Shown here: positions 1 to 7,557 of the stretch, piece by piece
How the letters are laid out: each line of letters begins with the position of its first letter
How positions within the stretch are numbered: position 1 is the first letter of the stretch
Assembly: GCA_031271175.1 (NCBI GenBank)
Contig: JAISWE010000190.1
Coordinates: forward strand, 27 to 64,026
Source of the DNA: Bacteroidales bacterium
Lineage (GTDB): Bacteria > Bacteroidota > Bacteroidia > Bacteroidales > UBA4181
Direction of reading: 5' to 3'
DNA length: 64,000 nt
The notes under the pieces: model-generated
Seen by the model: only the letters and a program-made list of their open reading frames with translations
Told to the model about the DNA's origin: nothing
Database searches by the model: none
Program-made: the position numbers and the translations under genes

Positions 1-305
1 CAGAGAGCATCTTGCCCATGACACTGGTAAACTGCCGGCCCATTGGAGTGTTAAAAATGAGCGATCAAGGCCAGCACGACGAAAAGGTGATTGCTGTTTG
101 TACAGATGACCCCTTCTACAATTCCTACCACAGCATAGAGGAATTGCCCGGGCATCTGTTTGCGGAGATTCGTCATTTTTATGAGGTTTATAAAATGCTG
201 GAAAACAAGCACACCTCAGTAGAAGAGGTTTGCGGTCAAGAGATTGCTGCGGCTATCATTCAAAAAAGCTTGGATGATTATAATAAATTGCAATCACAAA
301 TGTGA
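1..305 (+). CDS. ppa: inorganic pyrophosphatase, family I (C-terminal part; 5' end lies outside the window)
   Basis: The frame is open from position 3. The translation ...CRPIGVLKMSDQGQHDEKVIAV...HLFAEIRHFYEVYKMLE matches the conserved C-terminal half of soluble family I PPases. Confidence 0.85.
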   Translation, partial: ESILPMTLVNCRPIGVLKMSDQGQHDEKVIAVCTDDPFYNSYHSIEELPGHLFAEIRHFYEVYKMLENKHTSVEEVCGQEIAAAIIQKSLDDYNKLQSQM

Positions 306-511
306 TTCATTTTACAGGGACGATGTCGACATCGTCCCATTTTTTTAATTTCGCAGATATGCAGGGTGTGATTTCCGTATCATCCCCTACATTTTTTGAG
401 TGGTTTGACTATATATTCGTGCGTTTATTGTGGTCTTTCTCGCTACCCTATTGCTTTTTTTACCTATACATGGTAAAATATTACTCAAATATTAAAAGAG
501 GAGACCTTCCC

Positions 512-1027
512 ATGAATGTTACAGAAGCCATAAAAAGGCGCAAATCAATCAGAAGCTACAAGGCAGCTGCACCCGTTACAGACGAACAGATTAAATTGCT
601 GCTGGAGGCCGCTATGCTTGCGCCCTCTGCCTGCAATATGCGGCCTTGGGAGTTTGCCGTTATACGCAACAGGGAGCTGCTGGAAAAAATAACAGCTCTG
701 CACCCCTATACCGCTATGCTTAAAACAGCAAGTGCGGCTATAATAGTTCTGGCTGACCTCGAGCTTAAAAACAACATCTCAGAGGGCTTCTTCCCTCAGG
801 ATTGCGGCGCAGCCACACAGAATATCCTCCTGCAGGCTGTAGATCTGGGCTTGGGCACCTGCTGGTGCGGTGTTTACCCCAAAGAGGATAAGGTTGAGGC
901 CTTTCGCAAGCTGCTTGATTTGCCGCAAAATCTTGTGCCCTTTAATGTTATTGCGCTGGGCGTACCCAATGAGGAGGACGGCAGCAGAGGCTTTTATGAG
1001 GAGACAAAGGTGAGGTGGTTTAAGTGA
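512..1027 (+). CDS. nitroreductase family protein (171 aa)
   Basis: The start was moved to the ATG at 512, which follows the SD aaagaggag (495-503). MNVTEAIKRRKSIRSYK...APSACNMRPWEF is a typical nitroreductase N-terminus. The upstream part of the tracked ORF has no SD and looks non-coding. Confidence 0.8.
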   Translation: MNVTEAIKRRKSIRSYKAAAPVTDEQIKLLLEAAMLAPSACNMRPWEFAVIRNRELLEKITALHPYTAMLKTASAAIIVLADLELKNNISEGFFPQDCGAATQNILLQAVDLGLGTCWCGVYPKEDKVEAFRKLLDLPQNLVPFNVIALGVPNEEDGSRGFYEETKVRWFK

Positions 1028-3048
1028 AGCTAAGCCCTAAAAAGCTGTGGGATAAGCCCTGGGTGCGTGCCATTTGTCTTTTTGCTCTTATATCCATCTT
1101 GCTGGAGCTTAGCCTGTTTAATTTCAGGCATTTTATGCCTATGGCTGAACACTACGCTGTCTCAAAGCAAAACACTACCTTTATTAGCGGCTTTGATGCC
1201 AGCGAGGAGTTCCTCACCTCCAAGAGCCGCACCTGTGAGGTTGAGTTTTCTGACATTAATAAACGTGCAGATAATATTTATTTAGATATAGAGACAGGGG
1301 CAGATGTCCGCTGCTTCATATATTACAAGGACGAGGGATCTACGGGCTACTACCGTGACGTACCATCTATAATAGTGGATTCATCTGTTTCAAGAAGTCT
1401 TTACATACCCATGAACCTTTACGGCAAGGCGCAGTCTCTTAAATTCCGCTTTGAGGCTCAAAACGATGCTCCCTTGATATTAAAAGGCATAGAGCTAAAC
1501 CGCTCTGTGCCCTTTCAGGTGCACCCTATAAGACCCCTTGCTATCTTTTTGCTGCTAATGTTTATTTGGCTTTTTAGGCCAAAATCACCGCTGTATTCAA
1601 TAAAGCTTAACCTTAAGAGCATAAAACAGAGGGCGGCTGTTATTGCTGTTATTGCCTTTCAGTTTACAATTATGCTCCTTATTCCTCTGGGCTCAACATC
1701 AATTGACACAGGGGGACAATACCAAAGGCTTACCGACGCCTTTCTGGAGGGTCGAGTGTATATGAAGGATATTCCAGACCCCAAGCTGGAAGCCCTTGAA
1801 AATGTCTATGATTACACCCAACGTGATTCTGTTCAGGCTTATGCGCTGTGGGATTTCTCCTTTTACAATCACAAATATTATATCTATTTTGGCCCTGTGC
1901 CTGTACTTACGGCCTATCTGCCCTATAAGGCGATAACGGGAGAGCATGTAGAATCCCGCTATGTGTATCTGGCCTTTGCCATGCTTGCTATTGTGGGAAT
2001 GTTTGCAATATTCAAGTGCCTGTGCCAGCGATTCTTTAAAAAGTGCCCGCTGCCTGTATTTTTGCTGCTCTATCTGGCTATTGTCAACGGGAGCTTGCTG
2101 CTGTTCTCTTTAAGGGGTGCTATGTTTTATGATTCGGCTACAGCTTCTGGCCTGGCCTTTTCAACCTTTGGGCTGTGGCTATTGCTAGAGAGCTTTAAGG
2201 AAGGCGCAATAAGCCGCAAATCCAATCTGGTAAGGCTTGCTTGCTCGGCACTTTTGATTGCCCTTTCTGTGGGCTGCCGCCCTACGTTTATCTTTATGGC
2301 GGTTTTTGCCGTGGTGCTGTTTGCAGTTGAAATGATTGCAAAACACAGGCTTAAGGACGGAATTAAGCCCTATATAATGCCCTGTGTGTGCTTTTTGATG
2401 CCTTTTATATTGATTGGCGGAGCACTTATGTGGTATAATTATATTCGCTTTGATTCTCCATTTGAGTTTGGAGCAAAATACCAGCTTACCCTTTCAGATA
2501 CACGCCAGTATAAAATAACTCAACTTGGCCGCTTGCCTACAGGGCTTTTTAACTACCTTTTCAACTTCCCCTCCTTTAACTTAGAATTCCCCTTTATTCA
2601 CCCCTCATATACACCTAACTACTTCCGCGGCTACATGTTTGTGTACAACGCCTTCCCCTTGTTTGCCAATCTACTCCCTTGTGCTTTATTTGGATATGTC
2701 TTTTTTGGCAAAGACATGCGCAAGGCAAATAGGCATGGATATTTTATGGGCGTGGGTTTATTGGGAATAGCACTGCTTATGTGTGTTATGACAATTATGT
2801 TTGGCGGCATTAATACCCACTACAGCGAGGATTTCTTCTGGCTCTTCCTGCTCTCGGCCTCTGTTGCAGTTATAATGTGTTATGAACAGGCCAAAAGTGC
2901 AAACACAAAAAAATATCTAAAAGCCTTTGTTATGTCTGCCTGCCTTTTAGGCGTGCTGATAAATATAGCCGTGCCGCTAAACAACAATTTTAACTGGAAA
3001 ATGGACGATTTTATTGCACTTCGGCACATTTTTGCCTTTTGGCTGTAA
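1024..3048 (+). CDS. large polytopic integral membrane protein, function unknown (possibly GT-C-like)
   Basis: 674-aa ORF with a GTG start overlapping the nitroreductase stop. It has one N-terminal TM, a soluble domain of about 130 aa, then many hydrophobic helices. I recognised no catalytic motif. Confidence 0.6.
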   Translation: MKLSPKKLWDKPWVRAICLFALISILLELSLFNFRHFMPMAEHYAVSKQNTTFISGFDASEEFLTSKSRTCEVEFSDINKRADNIYLDIETGADVRCFIYYKDEGSTGYYRDVPSIIVDSSVSRSLYIPMNLYGKAQSLKFRFEAQNDAPLILKGIELNRSVPFQVHPIRPLAIFLLLMFIWLFRPKSPLYSIKLNLKSIKQRAAVIAVIAFQFTIMLLIPLGSTSIDTGGQYQRLTDAFLEGRVYMKDIPDPKLEALENVYDYTQRDSVQAYALWDFSFYNHKYYIYFGPVPVLTAYLPYKAITGEHVESRYVYLAFAMLAIVGMFAIFKCLCQRFFKKCPLPVFLLLYLAIVNGSLLLFSLRGAMFYDSATASGLAFSTFGLWLLLESFKEGAISRKSNLVRLACSALLIALSVGCRPTFIFMAVFAVVLFAVEMIAKHRLKDGIKPYIMPCVCFLMPFILIGGALMWYNYIRFDSPFEFGAKYQLTLSDTRQYKITQLGRLPTGLFNYLFNFPSFNLEFPFIHPSYTPNYFRGYMFVYNAFPLFANLLPCALFGYVFFGKDMRKANRHGYFMGVGLLGIALLMCVMTIMFGGINTHYSEDFFWLFLLSASVAVIMCYEQAKSANTKKYLKAFVMSACLLGVLINIAVPLNNNFNWKMDDFIALRHIFAFWL

Positions 3049-3078
3049 GTTAAAGGCAAGGCAAGAGGCGCATTAATA

Positions 3079-3131
3079 ACCCCAGCCGCAACAATAAGCT
3101 CAAGCTTGTTATTGGGACTGGGGTGTTTTTT
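3079..3131 (+). terminator. intrinsic terminator after the membrane protein gene
   Basis: Long stem with outer arms accccag/ctggggt and an inner aagct-ca-agctt palindrome, followed by a T6 run. Confidence 0.6.
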
Positions 3132-3160
3132 GATTAAAATTTGCGCAGCAAATTTACCTT

Positions 3161-3200
3161 AATTTTCAACTTTCAACTTTCAATTTTCAACTTTCAACTT
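3161..3200. repeat. heptamer-periodic tract (YTTTCAA)n, about 5.5 units
   Basis: The sequence ttttcaa ctttcaa ctttcaa ttttcaa ctttcaa ctt is read directly. The same motif recurs at 25051-25085. Confidence 0.9.
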
Positions 3201-3234
3201 AAAAAAGCGCAGGATTTTTATCTCCTGCGCTTTT
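3201..3234 (-). terminator. intrinsic terminator of the SPFH operon (A6-hairpin-T4, usable in both directions)
   Basis: gcgcagga (3207-3214) pairs with tcctgcgc (3223-3230). On the minus strand the hairpin is followed by a T6 run. Confidence 0.75.
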
Positions 3235-3251
3235 GCTATGCTAAGCAATGT

Positions 3252-4580
3252 TTACTTCTGCACATCATTCTCATCAAATCTATCCCCGCACTCGGGGCAG
3301 AATTTTGGGGGATTCTTTGGGTCGGCGGGCTGCCAGCCGCACTTATCGCACTTGTATAGGGGCTCATTTGCCGGCCTTCTTGAGCCGCAGTCTGTGCAGA
3401 AGTTCCCCTGATTAACCGTGCCGCATTGGGCACAAGCCCAGCCCTCCTGTGCAGCAGGAGCAGGGACGGCGGCTTGAGCAGCGGGAGCGGCCTCAACGGG
3501 GGCTGTGGGCTGCTGTGGGGCTGCTTGCTGCGGGGTAGGCTCTGTGCCCACTCCCAGAGGTTGGCCGTAGGGAGGGGCATTGTAGCCCTGCTGTTGGGGC
3601 ATTTGATACATTTGAGCTGCGTTCATGCCGCCCGCTTGCTGTGCAAAGCCCAAGCCCATAAAGCCTGTCATTGCGCCTGCTTCGTTGCCTGCGGCAGTTT
3701 CCATGGCGTTGGCCTGAGCTGTGCCAAGACGTGCACCCATCATTCTTGCGTCTGTGTACACACGTGATTCCTGGAAGGCGTTAATCTTCTTAACGCTCTC
3801 GCCGTCGGGCGTGACAGAGGCAACCGCAAAGGAGACAACAGAAATGCCCCTCTTTTCAACCCAATCACGGGTTAGCTCTGAGTTAAGCTCAGCGCAGATG
3901 TCCTGTGTAAACAGTGGCAGCTGGTCATAGGGTATGCGCTTAAGAGCTATGCGACCAAAAACGGGCTGGATAGCCGATTGCAGCTCTGCCTTTAGCTGGC
4001 TGTCTATCTTATCACGGGTAAAATCGCTTGTTATATTGCCGCAAACATTGGCATAAAACATAAGCTGATTGGTGATTTTATAGGAGTACTCGCCGTATGA
4101 GCTGAGCTTAATTGAAAAGTTGAACTCGCTGTCACGGAAGGGAACCTCGCCTACGCCCCATTTGTTGGACATAAGCTCCTTGGTGTTGATGTAATAGACA
4201 AGCTGAGTGTTTGTGACCTGACCGCCTGCTATAAAACGCTTGCCAACCTCTTTAAACGAGCCCAGCAAGCCCTTAAAGCCTCCGCTTAGGAGGGAGGGCT
4301 CTGTGCCTGTGTTGTAGATGTACTGGCCAGGCTCGGCGCAAAAATCAACTACACGGCCGTTCTCGACTATAAGCATAAATTGGCCGTCTGCAACGTCCAC
4401 ACGTGAGCCGTCTGTTATAACATTATCCTCACCCTTGTAATTTTGGCTGCGTGCGCTTTGAACCTTTTGCCCCTTACGTGCAATCACGTTCATAGGCATT
4501 GCATCACACCTGATGTACTCTATCCACTGGTCGGCCAAAACACTGCCGACAGAGCCTGTAAAGGCTTTAATTAATCCCAT
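3252..4580 (-). CDS. SPFH/band-7-like protein with a P/Q/A-rich linker and two C-terminal zinc ribbons (COG4260/YdjI-type architecture)
   Basis: 442 aa, with SD aaggag upstream. The N-terminal MGLIKAF... body is followed by the low-complexity stretch PQQQGYNAPPYGQP...AAPQQPTAPVEAAPAAQ. Then come CAQCG...CTDCG and CDKCG...CPECG. Confidence 0.65.
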   Translation of the reverse strand: MGLIKAFTGSVGSVLADQWIEYIRCDAMPMNVIARKGQKVQSARSQNYKGEDNVITDGSRVDVADGQFMLIVENGRVVDFCAEPGQYIYNTGTEPSLLSGGFKGLLGSFKEVGKRFIAGGQVTNTQLVYYINTKELMSNKWGVGEVPFRDSEFNFSIKLSSYGEYSYKITNQLMFYANVCGNITSDFTRDKIDSQLKAELQSAIQPVFGRIALKRIPYDQLPLFTQDICAELNSELTRDWVEKRGISVVSFAVASVTPDGESVKKINAFQESRVYTDARMMGARLGTAQANAMETAAGNEAGAMTGFMGLGFAQQAGGMNAAQMYQMPQQQGYNAPPYGQPLGVGTEPTPQQAAPQQPTAPVEAAPAAQAAVPAPAAQEGWACAQCGTVNQGNFCTDCGSRRPANEPLYKCDKCGWQPADPKNPPKFCPECGDRFDENDVQK

Positions 4581-4610
4581 AGCTATAAATCTCCTTTTTA
4601 AATATAATCT

Positions 4611-5471
4611 TTAATCAACTACTACACCACGGTAATCAATGCTGGTGCTGCCGCTAATGCGCTCTATATCCGACAAAGCCCAGCCGTGGGACTTATCGGT
4701 TATAATGTGCCCGCAGTACTCACATTTGCCGCTGCTGGTGATTTGCACAGGTGCGCCGCATTTGGGGCAGGAGACGCTTTGCTGACCGCCCACTGCCTCG
4801 GCTGTTTTGCTGCCCCTTGCCCGCCTAAAGGTTAGCAGGAACTTGCTGTGCCTATCCATTGTGGGCAGGCCGCTTACAAGCTGCTTGGTGGAGGCATTGA
4901 GTACATACTCTGCCATTCTAGCCGCAAGGTATACAGTCAACTGCTCATACTGAGCGTCCTGCTTAAGCAGGGTAAGATAGGCCTGATTCACATTAACCCG
5001 CTCACGTACGCTCATTTGATTATTGTTAATGAACTCCTGTATGCGACTGCTGTGCTCTGCGAATAGCTCATCTGTCTCAAAGGCACGGAGCCTTTCGGCG
5101 TTGTTGCCTGTAAATGCCTGCTGCAGAGTTATAAACTCCTCCTTAGCCCAGCCTATAAACTTGCCGCTGCTAAAGTTGGGGTCATTTTGGCACAGAGCCG
5201 CCGCTATTTGCACATCGTTGTTAGGGGCAGAGGCACCGTCACCGTAATTTGCAGAGCTTACATTGCCCTGAAAGCCTGTGTCATTTGGATTGACCGCCGC
5301 CTTAACTGCCGCCCTTGCAAGCTGGCTCACGCCGCTGTTAAGGGCATTGTTAACGGCTCTGCCTGCCTTAATAACCAAGCTGCGTATGACAAGGCCTATA
5401 ATTGCAGCAAGTATTATTATCACTGCTAAAGTAATGGCTGAGCTTGAGACGCTTGCTAGTACATAACTCAT
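4611..5471 (-). CDS. membrane-anchored Tim44-like domain protein with C-terminal zinc ribbon
   Basis: 286 aa with an N-terminal TM. The central region is paralogous to the upstream gene (NVNQAYLTLLK.. / LTVYLAARM..). CPKCGAPVQITSSGKCEYCGH lies near the C-terminus. The start overlaps the upstream stop in an ATGA arrangement. Confidence 0.55.
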   Translation of the reverse strand: MSYVLASVSSSAITLAVIIILAAIIGLVIRSLVIKAGRAVNNALNSGVSQLARAAVKAAVNPNDTGFQGNVSSANYGDGASAPNNDVQIAAALCQNDPNFSSGKFIGWAKEEFITLQQAFTGNNAERLRAFETDELFAEHSSRIQEFINNNQMSVRERVNVNQAYLTLLKQDAQYEQLTVYLAARMAEYVLNASTKQLVSGLPTMDRHSKFLLTFRRARGSKTAEAVGGQQSVSCPKCGAPVQITSSGKCEYCGHIITDKSHGWALSDIERISGSTSIDYRGVVVD

Positions 5472-6436
5472 TCTCCGTCCTCCAGAACAACGCCTCTCTT
5501 ATCTATAACAGTGTTGGGCTTAACGCTGTCCAGGTTGCTGAGCACCCAATCATGTTCGCCTGTAGTTATGATGAAATCGCAGTATTCGCACTTTCCTGCA
5601 CTGGTTATTTGAACAGGTGCGCCGCAGTGGGGGCAAGAAACTGTGCTCTTATTGCTGGTTGCGGGATTGGTGAGCACTCCCTTTTTACGCATGAAGGTGA
5701 GCAGATAGTTCATGTAGCAATCCTTGTTTAGGTCACCCTTAAGAACCGCCTTGGTGTTCTCATCTATGATATAATCCGTCATGCGCACAGCCATGTATAC
5801 GGTGAGATACTCAAATTGGGTATCCCTTTTATATAGCGTAAGGTAGGCCTGATTAACGTTGATGCGTCCCATAACATTAATGCGCCCAAGGTTGATATAC
5901 TCCTGAAGCTGAGCCTCGTGCTGGCGGAATAGCTCCTCCTTTTCAAAGGGGCGTATCTTTGACCAGTCACGCTCTGTCCAGGCATTTTGCAGGGTGATAA
6001 ACACCTCTTTAGACCACGCAAGGAACTTATCTGTGCTAAAGTTGGTATCCTCAGCCGCTATAGTTTGAGTTATACGCTGTGTGAAATCCGGAACTAAAGG
6101 CGCGGCCTGAGGAATAACATTGGTGATGTTAGGAATACTGCCGCCCTTGAGAAGGTATTTTCTGATTAAGAAAAATGCAACTACTACAATAATAATGACA
6201 ACCACGGAGCCGCCGCCAACAGAGCCTAAGTCTCCGCTGGAGGAAGAGCCGCTGTCGCTCCAGCTGTAGTCGTTACCGCCGCCCCAGTCTCCGCCACCAC
6301 CGTAATCTCCGCCGCCGTAATCGTTGTGGTTGCCCACATCCAGCGGCAGCTGATATGCCGAAGCATAGGCCGCAAGGGAACTAACGCTAACGCAAATAAT
6401 CAAAACCAAAATAATGCCAAGTAATCGCTTCTTCAT
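5468..6436 (-). CDS. secreted/membrane Tim44-like domain protein with G/D/Y/W-rich region and C-terminal zinc ribbon (paralog of 4611-5471)
   Basis: The start was moved to the ATG at 6436 (MKKRLLGIILVLI..., a signal-like sequence) after a GGGGGTG SD. The protein has the repeat GGGDYGGGGDWGGGNDYSWSD, then a TM, then a Tim44-like body and CPHCGAPVQITSAGKCEYC. Confidence 0.55.
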   Translation of the reverse strand: MKKRLLGIILVLIICVSVSSLAAYASAYQLPLDVGNHNDYGGGDYGGGGDWGGGNDYSWSDSGSSSSGDLGSVGGGSVVVIIIVVVAFFLIRKYLLKGGSIPNITNVIPQAAPLVPDFTQRITQTIAAEDTNFSTDKFLAWSKEVFITLQNAWTERDWSKIRPFEKEELFRQHEAQLQEYINLGRINVMGRINVNQAYLTLYKRDTQFEYLTVYMAVRMTDYIIDENTKAVLKGDLNKDCYMNYLLTFMRKKGVLTNPATSNKSTVSCPHCGAPVQITSAGKCEYCDFIITTGEHDWVLSNLDSVKPNTVIDKRGVVLEDGE

Positions 6437-6476
6437 ATATGCACCCCCATTTTTTGATAACATAAGAACTGAAATT

Positions 6477-6506
6477 ATTATACCATGAATTAAGCAGGAT
6501 AGTCAA
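6477..6506 (-). promoter_or_regulatory. sigma-A type promoter for the Tim44-like/SPFH operon
   Basis: The minus strand reads TTGACT, an 18-nt spacer ending in TGg, then TATAAT. The -10 box lies about 40 nt upstream of the ATG at 6436. Confidence 0.6.
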
Positions 6507-6566
6507 CAATAAATTGCAGGTATTAACAGCTTATGAGCAGCTTTAGTGTTATTTTTGCATAATGTA

Positions 6567-6595
6567 TTGAAAATTTCAGGTTAATGTGATATAAT
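6567..6595 (+). promoter_or_regulatory. sigma-A type promoter (extended -10) for the 6689 gene
   Basis: TTGAAA (6567-6572), a 17-nt spacer with TGa, then TATAAT (6590-6595). Confidence 0.65.
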
Positions 6596-6688
6596 AAACG
6601 TGATATAGATTGTGGGGGCGTAAGTTGGAAGCCCAAACATTCTGCTTACACAACCTTTGGCAATATACTCAATAAAAAGAGGGTTATT

Positions 6689-7141
6689 ATGAAACTTGGT
6701 AAATATTCCGGAATATTACTTAGCTCCTCCGCAATTGTTGGCGTTTTAACTTGGATAGCTTACATGCTGTTTGGTGAAAATATCAATGGCTATATGAACC
6801 CCTCGTATGTTGGCTTGGCTTTTATATTTCTTGTAGGTCCAATACTAAGCTATAAATATATCGCTGCTTATGAAAAGTCTAAATCAAAAGCCGGCTGGTT
6901 ATCCTTTTTAATGCTATCAATTGCTTTTGTTCTTGCTTATGCCATTCCGGCGAACTGGGGACAAACGATATATATGTACAAATCGGGCTTGATTGATAAA
7001 TATAGCCGTTGGATTGGCTATGAGCGTGACATTGCGATGTATTGGCAAATGTGGATTGTATCTGCAATAGCCGTATTGGTTATGATTGTTATGCATATAA
7101 TCGTATGTGCGATTGCTTCAAAAAAGCAACCGCAAGAATAA
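6689..7141 (+). CDS. small integral membrane protein, function unknown
   Basis: 150 aa with four hydrophobic helices and SD aaaagaggg upstream. Confidence 0.6.
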   Translation: MKLGKYSGILLSSSAIVGVLTWIAYMLFGENINGYMNPSYVGLAFIFLVGPILSYKYIAAYEKSKSKAGWLSFLMLSIAFVLAYAIPANWGQTIYMYKSGLIDKYSRWIGYERDIAMYWQMWIVSAIAVLVMIVMHIIVCAIASKKQPQE

Positions 7142-7160
7142 TTATGTATTGATAAAATAT

Positions 7161-7236
7161 GGGGGCGTAGCTCAGCTGGGAGAGCGTACGGTTCGCATCC
7201 GTAAGGTCGAGAGTTCGATCCTCTTCGTCTCCACCA
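7161..7236 (+). tRNA. tRNA-Ala (anticodon CGC), CCA encoded
   Basis: GGGGGCGTAGCTCAGCTGGGAGAGCGTACGGTTCGCATCCGTAAGGTCGAGAGTTCGATCCTCTTCGTCTCCACCA folds as a cloverleaf. It has the G3:U70 alanine identity pair and the anticodon loop TTCGCAT. Confidence 0.9.
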
Positions 7237-7256
7237 AACTTGCCTTTGCAGGCAAG

Positions 7257-7363
7257 AAGAGAAAAGATAAAAGTAAAAAGAGAAGAGAAAAGGTGTGCTT
7301 CGCACAATTAAAAAGGCAAGTTTGTACTCTTCACTTTTCTCTTTTCGTTTTTCACTTTTCACT
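7257..7363. repeat. imperfect purine/pyrimidine inverted repeat with heptad periodicity in the tRNA spacer
   Basis: The purine arm is 7257-7292 (agaagagaaaagataaaagtaaaaagagaagagaaaag). The pyrimidine arm is 7327-7363 (ctcttca cttttct cttttcg tttttca cttttca ct). By eye the arms are about 70% complementary. A small gtgc-ttc-gcac hairpin sits between them. Confidence 0.7.
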
Positions 7364-7480
7364 AACCCGCCCGCAGGCATAGTTGTATCACTGCGTCATT
7401 TTTCTCAAATTTTTTCAAAGAAACAGTTGACAAATCTGCTGCGAATGCGTATAATAATTAAGGTTAAGTTTTTGCCATAC

Positions 7481-7557
7481 GGGCCACTAGCTCAGTTGGT
7501 TAGAGCAACCGGCTCATAACCGGTTGGTCCGGGGTTCGAGTCCCTGGTGGCCCACCA
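7481..7557 (+). tRNA. tRNA with CAU anticodon (Ile2-lysidine type or elongator Met), CCA encoded
   Basis: GGGCCACTAGCTCAGTTGGTTAGAGCAACCGGCTCATAACCGGTTGGTCCGGGGTTCGAGTCCCTGGTGGCCCACCA. The anticodon loop CTCATAA and the D-arm resemble Firmicutes tRNA-Ile2(CAU). Identity cannot be settled by eye. Confidence 0.85.

Noticed and set aside
3236-3930. ORFs 3236-3580(-), 3426-3767(+) and 3721-3930(+) overlapping the 3' part of the SPFH gene.
   Set aside because: They are alternative frames of the P/Q/A-rich linker region of a gene with a clear SD, domain structure and terminator. No independent signals support them.
7018-7519. ORFs 7018-7380(-), 7089-7307(-), 7107-7382(+) and 7295-7519(+).
   Set aside because: They run across the two tRNA genes and the low-complexity purine/pyrimidine repeat. 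Their K/E/R- or F/S/L-rich translations simply reflect the repeat.
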